Source of the DNA: an uncultured delta proteobacterium
GTDB taxonomy: Bacteria > Desulfobacterota > Desulfobacteria > Desulfobacterales > SG8-13
DNA: 20,000 nt
Direction of reading: 5' to 3'
Assembly: GCA_963848135.1 (NCBI GenBank)
Contig: CAWKCK010000009.1
Location: 115,736-135,735 of the forward strand
This document shows positions 1-9,029 of the stretch, one piece after another. A program made the translations under genes and the position numbers. Positions within the stretch are counted from its first letter, which is position 1; each line of letters opens with the position of its first letter. The notes under the pieces were generated by a model that was not told the DNA's origin, did no database searches, and saw nothing but the letters and a program-made list of their open reading frames with translations.

Positions 1-306
1 GAATCCGATGGGCGATAATATGCCATTCGATGGCCTGCTATCAAGTCTTTAACCCGCGTTGACATACTTTCGTAAATTGAAACGCTCAGTAATAGTGGCT
101 GTCAAGATATCGTTCCGTGATTCGAATGTTTTTTTCATCAATCACTTATACCACGCTTCCGTATTTCGGTATTTATTTTTGAAAAGAGGTATTACCGAAA
201 TTGGACTTGGGCTTACGCATTGAAAGTGGCCTGTCAACCTGTTATTAAGCCTCTCTGAATATAGAGTCGTCATACATGGGTTGCGATTTATTTATCGAAC
301 GAAGAC

Positions 307-1056
307 ATGTTGCCATCTAACGTGGACAAAACCAGGATCTCACCGTCAGTCGATGAGCTTTGGGCTTACTTCGATCGCATCTTCTGCATATCTCTGGAAG
401 ATCGCCCAGACCGGCGCCAATCGGCCCGGGATCAGTTTCGCAAAATTGGTTTGGCGGACAGAGTCGAGTTCGTCATCGTCAACAAACACCCGACCAACAG
501 CGAGCAGGGGATATTTGAATCCCACATGAAATGCATCAGAATGGGTATCAAGGCCGCCGCTCAAACCACTCTCATTTTTGAAGATGACGTCGTCTTTGAC
601 AGATTTAACACCTGTGTGCTGGAAGAATGTATACGTTTCTTGTCTTCGAAGATTTCGTGGAACATCTTTTTCCTCGGTTGCCTCGCAGATGCCAGCCAAA
701 AAACCGAATACGGGTCCGTTTTAAAAGTGCGTTACCGCGGCTTATCGCATGCGTACGTCATCAACCGCAATTTTGCCGAATCCCTGGCCAGGCAGATCTG
801 GAAAAATACGCCTTTCGACACGATGTTGCGGAAGCTGTCTCCTTACTATTATGCTGTTTACCCGGCATTTGCCTTTCAGAGCAATGCGCGCACGGACAAT
901 ATGCGGCTGCTGAAGCGTGACCGAATGCGGCGGCTCTTTGGGGGACTTAAAAGAATCCAAAAGTTAAATGAATGGTATCTTCGCCACCGGTCAGTCGTCA
1001 TCGGCATTCATATTTTCCTGATCCTGATTCTGCTGATACTGGTGGCCGCGCACTGA
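307..1056 (+). CDS. Glycosyltransferase family 25 (LPS/LOS biosynthesis-like), C-terminal membrane anchor
   Basis: 249 aa. N-terminal 'IFCISLEDRPDRR', 'LIFEDD' and 'HAYVI' match GT25 motifs. Hydrophobic C-terminal helix VVIGIHIFLILILLILVAA. Confidence 0.75.
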   Translation: MLPSNVDKTRISPSVDELWAYFDRIFCISLEDRPDRRQSARDQFRKIGLADRVEFVIVNKHPTNSEQGIFESHMKCIRMGIKAAAQTTLIFEDDVVFDRFNTCVLEECIRFLSSKISWNIFFLGCLADASQKTEYGSVLKVRYRGLSHAYVINRNFAESLARQIWKNTPFDTMLRKLSPYYYAVYPAFAFQSNARTDNMRLLKRDRMRRLFGGLKRIQKLNEWYLRHRSVVIGIHIFLILILLILVAAH

Positions 1057-1076
1057 GCTGTGGATTGTTTCCAACA

Positions 1077-4000
1077 ATGAAAAGAACATCGATAAACTGG
1101 CTTTTCCTGGCTGTGACCATTCTGCTGGTAAGCGGTCTGTTCGGGATCGGATGGCACCGGATTCAGATCGATACCGATATCGTCGGCGCTCTTCCGGATA
1201 GTGATCCCGTGATTGCGGACGCCGCCTATCTGTTTCGTCATCACCCCATGCAGGGCCAGGTGGTTATCGACGTCTTCCTCGATAAGACCGATTTAGAGGC
1301 TCTGATAGCCTGTGCCCGAAAGGTTCAAAAACGTTTGAAGGCCAGCGGACTGTTTAAAGCGGTCGGTATCGAGGACACCGGAAAACTCATGCCGGATCTG
1401 CTCGATTATGTATCTGTCAACCTGCCGGTGCTCTTTACGGCCGATGAATTGCGAGATCTGATTCAACCGCTCCTGCAGCCGGCTATGATCAATCAACAGC
1501 TTGAACAGATCCGCTCCAGCCTGCTGGGGCTCGACAGCATCGGCCAAACGGCCCTGATCGCAAAAGATCCATTGGATTTTCGGCGTCTGGTGCTCGCACG
1601 GTTATCGCATCTGGCTCCATCAACCGGTGCCCGCATCTATCGGGGCCAACTCCTCTCCGCCGATGACCGGCATATTCTGATCGTTGCCAGACCGGTTGCT
1701 TCCGGCACGGACACGGTTTATGCCAGCCAGTTAACCGAATTAATGAATGACCTGTCGGTAGAACTCAACCGGGAGTATCGGCCGGCCGGACAGCGGGTGA
1801 CGCTGACACCGGTTGGTGCATACCGTTCCGCCCTCGACAATGAGCAGATAATCAGGAAGGATGTCACTTACGCCATCGCCCTGGCCACCCTCGGTATCGC
1901 CATGCTGCTATTATTTGCTTTTCCGCGGCCGGCCATCGGTCTTTTTTCCCTGGTGCCGGCTGTTGCCGGAACCATGCTAGCCCTCTTTGTCTTCTCCCTG
2001 TTTCATAAGTCCCTATCGATCATGGTTCTCGGCTTTGGGGGGGCCATCATATCGATCACCGTCGACCAGGGAATCGCCTATCTCTTGTTTCTTGATCGAC
2101 CCTACGATACCAGCGGGCGGGAGGCCTCAGAAGAAGTGTGGAACATCGGTCTGCTGGCCGTTTTGACCAGCATCGGCGCCTTTGGCGCGCTCTGCTTCAG
2201 TGGGTTTTCCGTGTTTGTTCAGTTGGGGCAGTTTACAATGCTCGGTATCGCGCTATCCTTTCTTTTCGTGCATGTCATTTTTCCCCACATTTTCCCGCGC
2301 ATGCCGGCGGGCCGACCACGATCCCTGCACCTGCAGAAGGTGGCTGACGCCTTAGCCCGAACAGGGACGAGAGGACTGTGGGTCGCGGTCGTATTCGCCT
2401 CTGTTATGCTGATATTCGCCCAACCCGAGTTTAATGTCAGCATGCGGACCATGAACACCGTGGGCGCCGATACCATTGCCGCCGAGAAATTGCTCGCTGA
2501 TGTTTGGGGTGATATATTCTCCAAAGTTCATTTGCTGGCGGAAGGCCAGAGTATTGCAGCGCTTCAGGCCAAGGACGATATCCTTCTCGATCAGTTGGAT
2601 CGTGATTTGGCCTCCGGGGTTCTTTCATCGGGGTTTGTGCCTTCCATGCTCTTTCCCAGTCACGAGCGTCGGAAAAACAATTTTAACGCCTGGAAGCAAT
2701 TCTGGAATGGTGAAAGAGTTGAGAGCCTCGAGAGAACAATCGGGGAACAATCGGCGGCGCTTGGTTTTGCCCCAGGGGCTTTCTCGCCCTTCTATGAAAT
2801 GTTGAGTGCGGTTAAAGCCCCCGGAATGAACGTTCCAATTCCTGCCGAATTTCTCAGTTTTCTGGGAATTTCAGAACTTGCGGGCGAATCGAAATGGATC
2901 CAGGTATCGACCTTCACCACCGGCCCGGCATATGACGCCAAGCAGTTTCATGATACTTACGGGGCATCGGGCCGGTTGTTCGATCCGGCGTTCTTTTCGG
3001 AGCGACTCGGGAAGCACCTGTTCGATACGTTCTCGAAGCTGTTTCTCATTATTGCGGTCAGTGTCATCATTCTGCTCATTTTTTTCTTTCTTGACCCCGT
3101 GCTGGTTATCATCTGCTTGTTGCCGGTGGCGTTTGCTTTAATTTCGACCCTTGGAACGTTGAATATCATCGGGCATCCCCTGGACATCCCGGGACTGATG
3201 CTGTCCATTATCGTTTTAGGTATGGGCATCGATTATTCGCTCTTTTTTGTGCGGTCGTTTCAACGTTACGGGGCGTTGGCTCATCCGTCATTTGGTCTGA
3301 TTCGATTGGCCGTTTTCATGTCGGCAGTTTCCACCATGATCGGTTTCGGTGTCTTGTGCGGTGCCGATCATACACTACTGAAAAGCGCCGGCATCACCTC
3401 TCTTTTAGGCATCACATATTCGGTGATCGGCGCCTATGTCATTCTGCCGCCGGCACTCAGTTATGTTCAGCGGCGGCGCCGCTCGAAAACGATCAAGAGT
3501 GGTCGTTTGCGGGATCGGGTCTTGAGCCGCTATCAGGGCCTGGAAGCCTATCCGAGATTATTTGCGCGGTTCAAAATGCGCCTCGATCCCATGTTCTTAG
3601 AAATAGCGGAGATTTTTAAGACCAGTGGCGATATTAAAACGATCATTGACATCGGTTGCGGATTTGGTGTGCCGTCGTGTTGGCTTCTCGAAAGGTTCCC
3701 GCATGCGGAGCTGTTCGGTATCGAGCCGTCTGCCGGCCGTGTCAGGGTTGCCTCCGTTGTGGTGGGTGGAAGAGGGGACATCACTCAGGGCCGGGCACCG
3801 GATATACCTGCGGTCTCGCGGGCAGCCGACCTGGCCATGATGCTCGATATGGTTCATTTTTTAAACGATGAAGACCTGGTTCTGACCCTGGGAAGATTGC
3901 ATGATCGCCTGCTGGATAACGGTCGGTTAGTCATTCGGGCGGCCGTCCGTCCGCGACGGCGTTTTCCATGGGCATGGTGGCTGGAGAATTTTAAGCTCTG

Positions 4001-4172
4001 GCTGTCCCATGTTCCCGTCTGCTACCGATCACCGGAACGATTGAAAGTCATGGTGTCCCAGGCGGGATTTCGCATCGAGAATACGCTGCCTTCCGGCAAT
4101 CACCAAGAACTCGTCTGGCTCATCGGGTGCGTTGACGCTGGTTCTGGTCCACGATTGACAGGCCAATGCTGA
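1077..4172 (+). CDS. MMPL/RND-family lipid exporter fused to a C-terminal class I SAM-dependent methyltransferase
   Basis: Start moved from 972 to ATG 1077 (MKRTSINWLFLAV), which removes the overlap with GT25 and begins with a TM helix. Two repeats of large loop plus TM bundle, with 'ISITVDQG' and 'LGMGIDYSLF' MMPL signatures. From ~3507 a soluble domain with SAM motif I 'IIDIGCGFG' and 'MLDMVHFL'. Confidence 0.85.
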   Translation: MKRTSINWLFLAVTILLVSGLFGIGWHRIQIDTDIVGALPDSDPVIADAAYLFRHHPMQGQVVIDVFLDKTDLEALIACARKVQKRLKASGLFKAVGIEDTGKLMPDLLDYVSVNLPVLFTADELRDLIQPLLQPAMINQQLEQIRSSLLGLDSIGQTALIAKDPLDFRRLVLARLSHLAPSTGARIYRGQLLSADDRHILIVARPVASGTDTVYASQLTELMNDLSVELNREYRPAGQRVTLTPVGAYRSALDNEQIIRKDVTYAIALATLGIAMLLLFAFPRPAIGLFSLVPAVAGTMLALFVFSLFHKSLSIMVLGFGGAIISITVDQGIAYLLFLDRPYDTSGREASEEVWNIGLLAVLTSIGAFGALCFSGFSVFVQLGQFTMLGIALSFLFVHVIFPHIFPRMPAGRPRSLHLQKVADALARTGTRGLWVAVVFASVMLIFAQPEFNVSMRTMNTVGADTIAAEKLLADVWGDIFSKVHLLAEGQSIAALQAKDDILLDQLDRDLASGVLSSGFVPSMLFPSHERRKNNFNAWKQFWNGERVESLERTIGEQSAALGFAPGAFSPFYEMLSAVKAPGMNVPIPAEFLSFLGISELAGESKWIQVSTFTTGPAYDAKQFHDTYGASGRLFDPAFFSERLGKHLFDTFSKLFLIIAVSVIILLIFFFLDPVLVIICLLPVAFALISTLGTLNIIGHPLDIPGLMLSIIVLGMGIDYSLFFVRSFQRYGALAHPSFGLIRLAVFMSAVSTMIGFGVLCGADHTLLKSAGITSLLGITYSVIGAYVILPPALSYVQRRRRSKTIKSGRLRDRVLSRYQGLEAYPRLFARFKMRLDPMFLEIAEIFKTSGDIKTIIDIGCGFGVPSCWLLERFPHAELFGIEPSAGRVRVASVVVGGRGDITQGRAPDIPAVSRAADLAMMLDMVHFLNDEDLVLTLGRLHDRLLDNGRLVIRAAVRPRRRFPWAWWLENFKLWLSHVPVCYRSPERLKVMVSQAGFRIENTLPSGNHQELVWLIGCVDAGSGPRLTGQC

Positions 4173-5083
4173 ATACCGTTAAAAAGACATCAGATGATTG
4201 CCTGCCGCTATCCATTGGGGACCGGGTCGGTGGCGGTGCGTTTATAATTGCCACTCTGCTGGCCTTGGTGGATATCCGTCTGGCGGCGATCCCACTGGCG
4301 GGATTTGTTATCCTGTGTTTTGTGGCACCGTTTTTACCGGGCGTCGGCTTTTTTCTCCCTATTGTCAGTCGGGGGTCATCCGGCCGGGACGCGGTGGCCT
4401 TAACCTTCGATGACGGGCCCGACCCACTGACCACACCGGAACTCTTAAGGCTGCTAAAAAAACACGGGGCGACAGGCACGTTTTTTGTTAATGGCCGTAA
4501 GGCCAGCGAATATCCTCAGTTGATAAAGAAAATCCTCAGCGATGGGCATTGTGTGGCCAATCACACATTCAACCATGACGTGTTTATGGCATTCAAGGAC
4601 AAACAAACTGTGATGAGCGATATCGACGCTGTCCAGAATGTGCTGCGCAAACACGGTATCGTGCCGCTCGCATTTCGTCCACCGGCGGGAATAACCGGCC
4701 CAAGGCTCCAGCCGGTTTTGCAGGCAAAGGGGATGTATACCGTGAATTTCAGTTGCCGGGCGCGGGATGGCGGTAACCGGTGGCTGAGACATCTGTCCGA
4801 AAAAATCCTGCGACGCATCAAGCCTGACGATATCGTTCTCCTGCACGACATCCCACCCCAATCCGACGCCTTGTTTTCTTTCTGGATTGAAGAAGTCGAC
4901 CGTATTTTAGACGGCATCCGAGCGAAGGGTCTGGTTGTTCTCCCGTTGGCAGAGCTTATTGGTCGGCCGGTGATGAAAATGTTCGCCGAGACGGAAATGG
5001 GGGGCGCCGTTTCCGAGAGGCATACAGAAAGCATAGAGTCAAAATCCGGAAACACTCCCAACGAAGACATGGCGTCTTCTTGA
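4166..5083 (+). CDS. Polysaccharide deacetylase (NodB/CE4) with N-terminal membrane segment
   Basis: CE4 motifs TFDDGP, NHTFNH, FRPPAG and VLLHD are all present. Start overlaps the MMPL stop (ATGCTGA, 4166-4172), suggesting translational coupling. Confidence 0.9.
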   Translation: MLNTVKKTSDDCLPLSIGDRVGGGAFIIATLLALVDIRLAAIPLAGFVILCFVAPFLPGVGFFLPIVSRGSSGRDAVALTFDDGPDPLTTPELLRLLKKHGATGTFFVNGRKASEYPQLIKKILSDGHCVANHTFNHDVFMAFKDKQTVMSDIDAVQNVLRKHGIVPLAFRPPAGITGPRLQPVLQAKGMYTVNFSCRARDGGNRWLRHLSEKILRRIKPDDIVLLHDIPPQSDALFSFWIEEVDRILDGIRAKGLVVLPLAELIGRPVMKMFAETEMGGAVSERHTESIESKSGNTPNEDMASS

Positions 5084-5139
5084 TTTGATTTGGTTGGTGT
5101 TCATAATCACCGACCGGCTTATTTATGAAGGTTGTTAAA

Positions 5140-5161
5140 AAAACGTTCCGGTGAACGTTTT
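5140..5161. terminator. Possible intrinsic (bidirectional) terminator between convergent operons
   Basis: Perfect inverted repeat AAAACGTTC-cggt-GAACGTTTT. The A7 run at 5137-5143 gives a U-tract on the minus strand. Lies between the stops at 5083 and 5351. Confidence 0.45.
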
Positions 5162-5350
5162 CTCCACATCCACCGATACGCCCTGCCGAATTTCAGAATA
5201 AAATTTATGAAGCGGTGTACTATGGTAGCGGTGATTTGAGGGGAGCAACCTGGGGGCGATGGTAATACAGACTATCCGATCTGCAGTGGTTTGTAAATAT
5301 CTCGGGACAAGCATCTGTGAAGCGTTTGACAGGCAATTTTCCGGATGGGC

Positions 5351-6688
5351 CTATTTGTCGTTCCGTCCGCGATGATGGAAATATAACCAACTCAGCAGGA
5401 CGGTGCCAGTAAAAAAAATCAGCAGCATTGCCGTTTCAGGAAATACGCTCTGGATGGTCCCATTGCGGGCAAACAGATCGACAAGGGCGTTCAGCCCCCA
5501 AGCCAGAGGTGACGCCTGGCTGATCTGCTGCATCAGTTTTGGCATGGCATAAACCGGTACCATGATGCCGCCAATGGCCGCTGCAATTACGACTGAAACG
5601 GCACCAAACATGGACGCCTGCTCGTATGACCGGGCGATTGTCCCCAAAAGAATGCCGTAGCCCGCAGCGGCCAGAGCGGCGCTGGTGACGACGACAGCGA
5701 TCGCCAGGGGTGCGGCGCCGATTTCCAGGACCGGTGTTCCCAAAAGCGGCAAAAAGAGCTTACCCACTGCCAGGATAAGGGCAAACTGGATACAACAGAC
5801 CAGTACATATGCGCAGACTTTTCCGCCGAGAATGGTCAAATAAGAAACTGGAAAACTCATCAGCCGCAGCAGAGTGCCATCCTGTTTCTCCCTGATCAGT
5901 GAGCCGCCCATTGGCACAACAATAAAGAACATCCCGAAGAGGGCCCAGGCCGGTACGTTTTGCTGAACCGATGAGGGAAGCTTCCCGGTGCCTCCGCGTC
6001 CTGCTTGCAGGGATTCGATTTCTAGAAGCCGCTCCCGGCCCCACTCCGGGTTCATCGCCGGGAAGGGGGCGCTGACAGCACCGGCGTTCTTCGGGCCAAC
6101 GGTGTTCAGCAGGATTTTCTCCATTTGACGCGGAAATATTTCGGAAACAGCCCGGGCCTTCATTTCCAATTCAAGGGTGAGCAATATTCTGTAGAGGGCA
6201 TTTGTCACGGATGTTCGGAACGTCCCTTGCACTAGAGGGTCGAAGAGAACCATCACGCGCGGCATTTCGCTGGTTCCTTCCGCTGCGCTGTCTCCAGCGT
6301 CGAAGGCCGATAAGATCTGCCGGTTGAGACGGTCTTGAACGGCCTCGGTGGCCCCGGCGGGGATGACGACGGCAAACTGAAAATCACCGTCTTCTAACGC
6401 CGCGTGGGCGGTTTTCTCATCCACCGTCCGTCCGACAATCTCTTTCGTCATTTCGATCGTACCCGACTGCTGCAATTGTTCCTCTATGACCTTTCCCAGC
6501 CGCTGGCGATCCTGGTCGACAAACAGGACCCGGATGGTCGTTTCGCCCGTTACCTTGAGGATGTTTTCCTGTACCAGCGACACCACCACAACGAGTACGG
6601 CTGGCATGAGAAACAGGACCAGCAGGCCGGCTCTATCCCGCCTGAGTATCAGGAGTTCCTTTAGTACAGTGGCCATGAGCCGTGTCAT
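5351..6688 (-). CDS. ABC-2 type exporter permease
   Basis: N-terminal 'KELLILRRDRAGLLVLFLMP', large extracytoplasmic loop, 'QQNVPAWALFGMFF', 'REKQDGTLLRL', 'GGIMVPVYAMP', 'SPLAWG'. Confidence 0.92.
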   Translation of the reverse strand: MTRLMATVLKELLILRRDRAGLLVLFLMPAVLVVVVSLVQENILKVTGETTIRVLFVDQDRQRLGKVIEEQLQQSGTIEMTKEIVGRTVDEKTAHAALEDGDFQFAVVIPAGATEAVQDRLNRQILSAFDAGDSAAEGTSEMPRVMVLFDPLVQGTFRTSVTNALYRILLTLELEMKARAVSEIFPRQMEKILLNTVGPKNAGAVSAPFPAMNPEWGRERLLEIESLQAGRGGTGKLPSSVQQNVPAWALFGMFFIVVPMGGSLIREKQDGTLLRLMSFPVSYLTILGGKVCAYVLVCCIQFALILAVGKLFLPLLGTPVLEIGAAPLAIAVVVTSAALAAAGYGILLGTIARSYEQASMFGAVSVVIAAAIGGIMVPVYAMPKLMQQISQASPLAWGLNALVDLFARNGTIQSVFPETAMLLIFFTGTVLLSWLYFHHRGRNDK

Positions 6689-6694
6689 AGTAAC

Positions 6695-7456
6695 TCAATC
6701 CCTCAGTTGTTTGCCCGTGAGCAAAAGAAAAAGCCCGCCCAAGTCTACACAGCCTGGGTGCCGGGCGACCAATTTCGACGGCGGTCCTTGGATGATGATA
6801 TTTCCCTGATCGATGACGGCCACACGCGAGCACAACGACTGGGCCTCTTCCATGTAATGGGTGGTGTATATCATGCCGGTTCCTTGCTTTTTGAACCTGT
6901 TCAGCATCTCCAGAATCATATTACGCGACTGGGCGTCGATACCAACCGTCGGTTCATCCAAGAACAGAAGGTCCGGATCATGAAGAATGCCTGCGGCGAT
7001 GTTGGCCCGCCGTTTCATGCCGCCGGAATAGGTAACCACCCGTTTGTCAGCGCTGGTCGTCAGACCGACCAGGTCAATGCATTCATCGGTACGGTCTTTG
7101 AGCTTTCGCCCTTTTAATCCGGCCATTCGACCGAAGAAACTTAGATTTTCGCGACAAGTCAGGTTTGGATAAAGAGCGATCTCCTGGGGCACCAGGCCAA
7201 AATGTTTTTTGGCCTTGCGGGTTTTTTTGAATAAATCGATTCCGCATATCGTCACATCACCGCTATCGGGTTGCATCAGGCCGCTCATAATAGATATCGC
7301 CGTGGTTTTACCGGCGCCGTTGGGGCCCAGCAGGCCCAGGGCCTCACCCTCTTCGACATGCAGGTCTATATTCTGGAGCGCAGGTATGGCCTCACCTGGA
7401 TATGTTTTTCGCAGCCGTTTCGCAACGAGAGGTCGCCTTGGCCGTGTTTCCACCAT
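6695..7456 (-). CDS. ABC exporter ATP-binding protein
   Basis: Walker A GPNGAGKTT, signature YSGGMKRR, Walker B LFLDEPT, H-loop YTTH. Start revised to ATG 7456 (MVETRPRR), with AAGGA upstream. The 7630 start adds 58 non-ABC residues. Confidence 0.93.
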   Translation of the reverse strand: MVETRPRRPLVAKRLRKTYPGEAIPALQNIDLHVEEGEALGLLGPNGAGKTTAISIMSGLMQPDSGDVTICGIDLFKKTRKAKKHFGLVPQEIALYPNLTCRENLSFFGRMAGLKGRKLKDRTDECIDLVGLTTSADKRVVTYSGGMKRRANIAAGILHDPDLLFLDEPTVGIDAQSRNMILEMLNRFKKQGTGMIYTTHYMEEAQSLCSRVAVIDQGNIIIQGPPSKLVARHPGCVDLGGLFLLLTGKQLRD

Positions 7457-7715
7457 GCTAAAGTACTTTCCTTGGGGTTGACTTTTTGGTCGGAACCTAT
7501 AAAAAAGCTCCTTTTTAGTGTATATATAACCCAAACCCTGCCGATATCGAAGCAGAAAAATTTCATATATCTGAATCACACCCGTTTGATCCCTGCCGAC
7601 AGTTCCCACCTCGCGGAGCCAGGTGGGCATGATATGATAAAAAATTTTTCACCGTCAGGGCTAACACGAGAGACCCTGTTTCGCCAATGGGCCGGTTCAA
7701 GGTGCTATCAAACCG

Positions 7716-9011
7716 ATGAAGATACTGCTCATAAACCCACCCAATAGCGGCAAGAGCATTCCTGAGGAAGTCTACGGTATTCGTAGTATCAAGATGATTT
7801 TCAGGGGTGAGCCTCTATCGCTTGAGGTTCTTGCCGGAAACCTATCCGGTCACGAGGTTCGTATCGTCGATTTAAAGGCCGATCCGGAGGCCCTGGAGGT
7901 CTGTTACACCGCGTTCGACCCCGAAGTGGTCGGTATTACAGGGGTTACCTGTGAGGCAAATGCGGTTCTAAAGATCGCTGCGGACATTAAGCAGCATTCA
8001 AATCCGGTTGTCGTCGTCGGCGGGCACCATGCTTCGTGCGATCCTGAATTCTTCAACCGCGAAGTTGTCGACTATATTGTCACGGGTCTGGGTAAGCTGA
8101 GCTTTCGCGAACTGGTGGATACGCTGGAGCACGAAGATGCTACCGCCGATATCGCCGGTGTCGCTAAAACTGAACCGGGGCGACCCCTTTTTTTCCGGCC
8201 GCGCCGGTTCACGGCCGCGGATCTGGTAGACGACGCAGCACCACGCTATGATCTGGTCGAACATCACCGGGCCCTGTATGTCATGAGCGGTGTCGGTGGA
8301 AAAGCCGGATTCGTGGCCACGGCTTTCGGATGCACCCATAGCTGTCTTTTCTGCTCGATACCTAACATGACCGGTGGCCGTTACCTGACTCACAGTGTCG
8401 AAGCGGTCTTACGTGACATGCGGTTGTTGAAGGATGTGCCCCTTATCCGCCTGGTAGACGCCAACACTTTCGGTGATGCCAAGACTGCCAAAATGCTCGG
8501 TCAACGGATCATCACAGCCGACCTCAAAAAGCACATCGTGGCGGATGTGCGCGCGGACACGGTGGTTCGACATCCGGACCTCTTTAAAATATGGCGGCAA
8601 GCCGGTCTTACGGCAGCGGTCATCGGCTTTGAGGAAATCAGTGATGAGCGCCTCGCCTACCTAAACAAGCGCACCGATGTTTCCACCAATATCGCCGCCA
8701 TGGCGATTCTCAAGGAACTCGGCATAAAGATCATCGGTGATTTCATTATTTCGCCAGACTATTCGGAAACTGATTTCGACCGTCTCGAACAGTTTGTCAG
8801 CGCCAACGCCATCGATTTGCCGCTGCCTGCCATCCTGACGCCACTTCCCGGAACACCGCTCTACGAAATATGGCGAGAGAAAATCACCATCCCCGATCTG
8901 GATTATTATACCTTTACCAACGCCGTGATACCAACGCGGATGGATGAAAAGGAATTCTACCAGGTATATTCAGATCTTTTGGAAAAATTTATCGGACATT
9001 TAAAACACTGA
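7716..9011 (+). CDS. Cobalamin (B12)-binding radical SAM enzyme (class B, probable C-methyltransferase; HpnR-like)
   Basis: N-terminal B12-binding domain (MKILLINPP...EPLSLEVLAG...VVVGGHHAS), CxxxCxxC motif GCTHSCLFC, 'IGFEE', 'TPLPGTPLY'. The resemblance to HpnR-like methylases is by eye. Confidence 0.88.
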   Translation: MKILLINPPNSGKSIPEEVYGIRSIKMIFRGEPLSLEVLAGNLSGHEVRIVDLKADPEALEVCYTAFDPEVVGITGVTCEANAVLKIAADIKQHSNPVVVVGGHHASCDPEFFNREVVDYIVTGLGKLSFRELVDTLEHEDATADIAGVAKTEPGRPLFFRPRRFTAADLVDDAAPRYDLVEHHRALYVMSGVGGKAGFVATAFGCTHSCLFCSIPNMTGGRYLTHSVEAVLRDMRLLKDVPLIRLVDANTFGDAKTAKMLGQRIITADLKKHIVADVRADTVVRHPDLFKIWRQAGLTAAVIGFEEISDERLAYLNKRTDVSTNIAAMAILKELGIKIIGDFIISPDYSETDFDRLEQFVSANAIDLPLPAILTPLPGTPLYEIWREKITIPDLDYYTFTNAVIPTRMDEKEFYQVYSDLLEKFIGHLKH

Positions 9012-9029
9012 AGAGGACAAAGACCTTTA

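Noticed and set aside
59..87. TTGACA upstream of GT25 as a sigma70 promoter
   Set aside because: No acceptable -10 hexamer at 16-18 bp spacing.
972..1076. N-terminal extension of the MMPL ORF
   Set aside because: It overlaps GT25 by 85 nt and is not MMPL-like. ATG 1077 precedes the first TM helix.
7457..7630. N-terminal extension of the ABC ATPase
   Set aside because: It runs through AT-rich, promoter-like DNA with no domain features. ATG 7456 has an RBS.
7716..9011. Naming the radical SAM gene hpnR, bchE or a ladderane enzyme
   Set aside because: No hopanoid, bacteriochlorophyll or anammox context. Similarity is family-level only.
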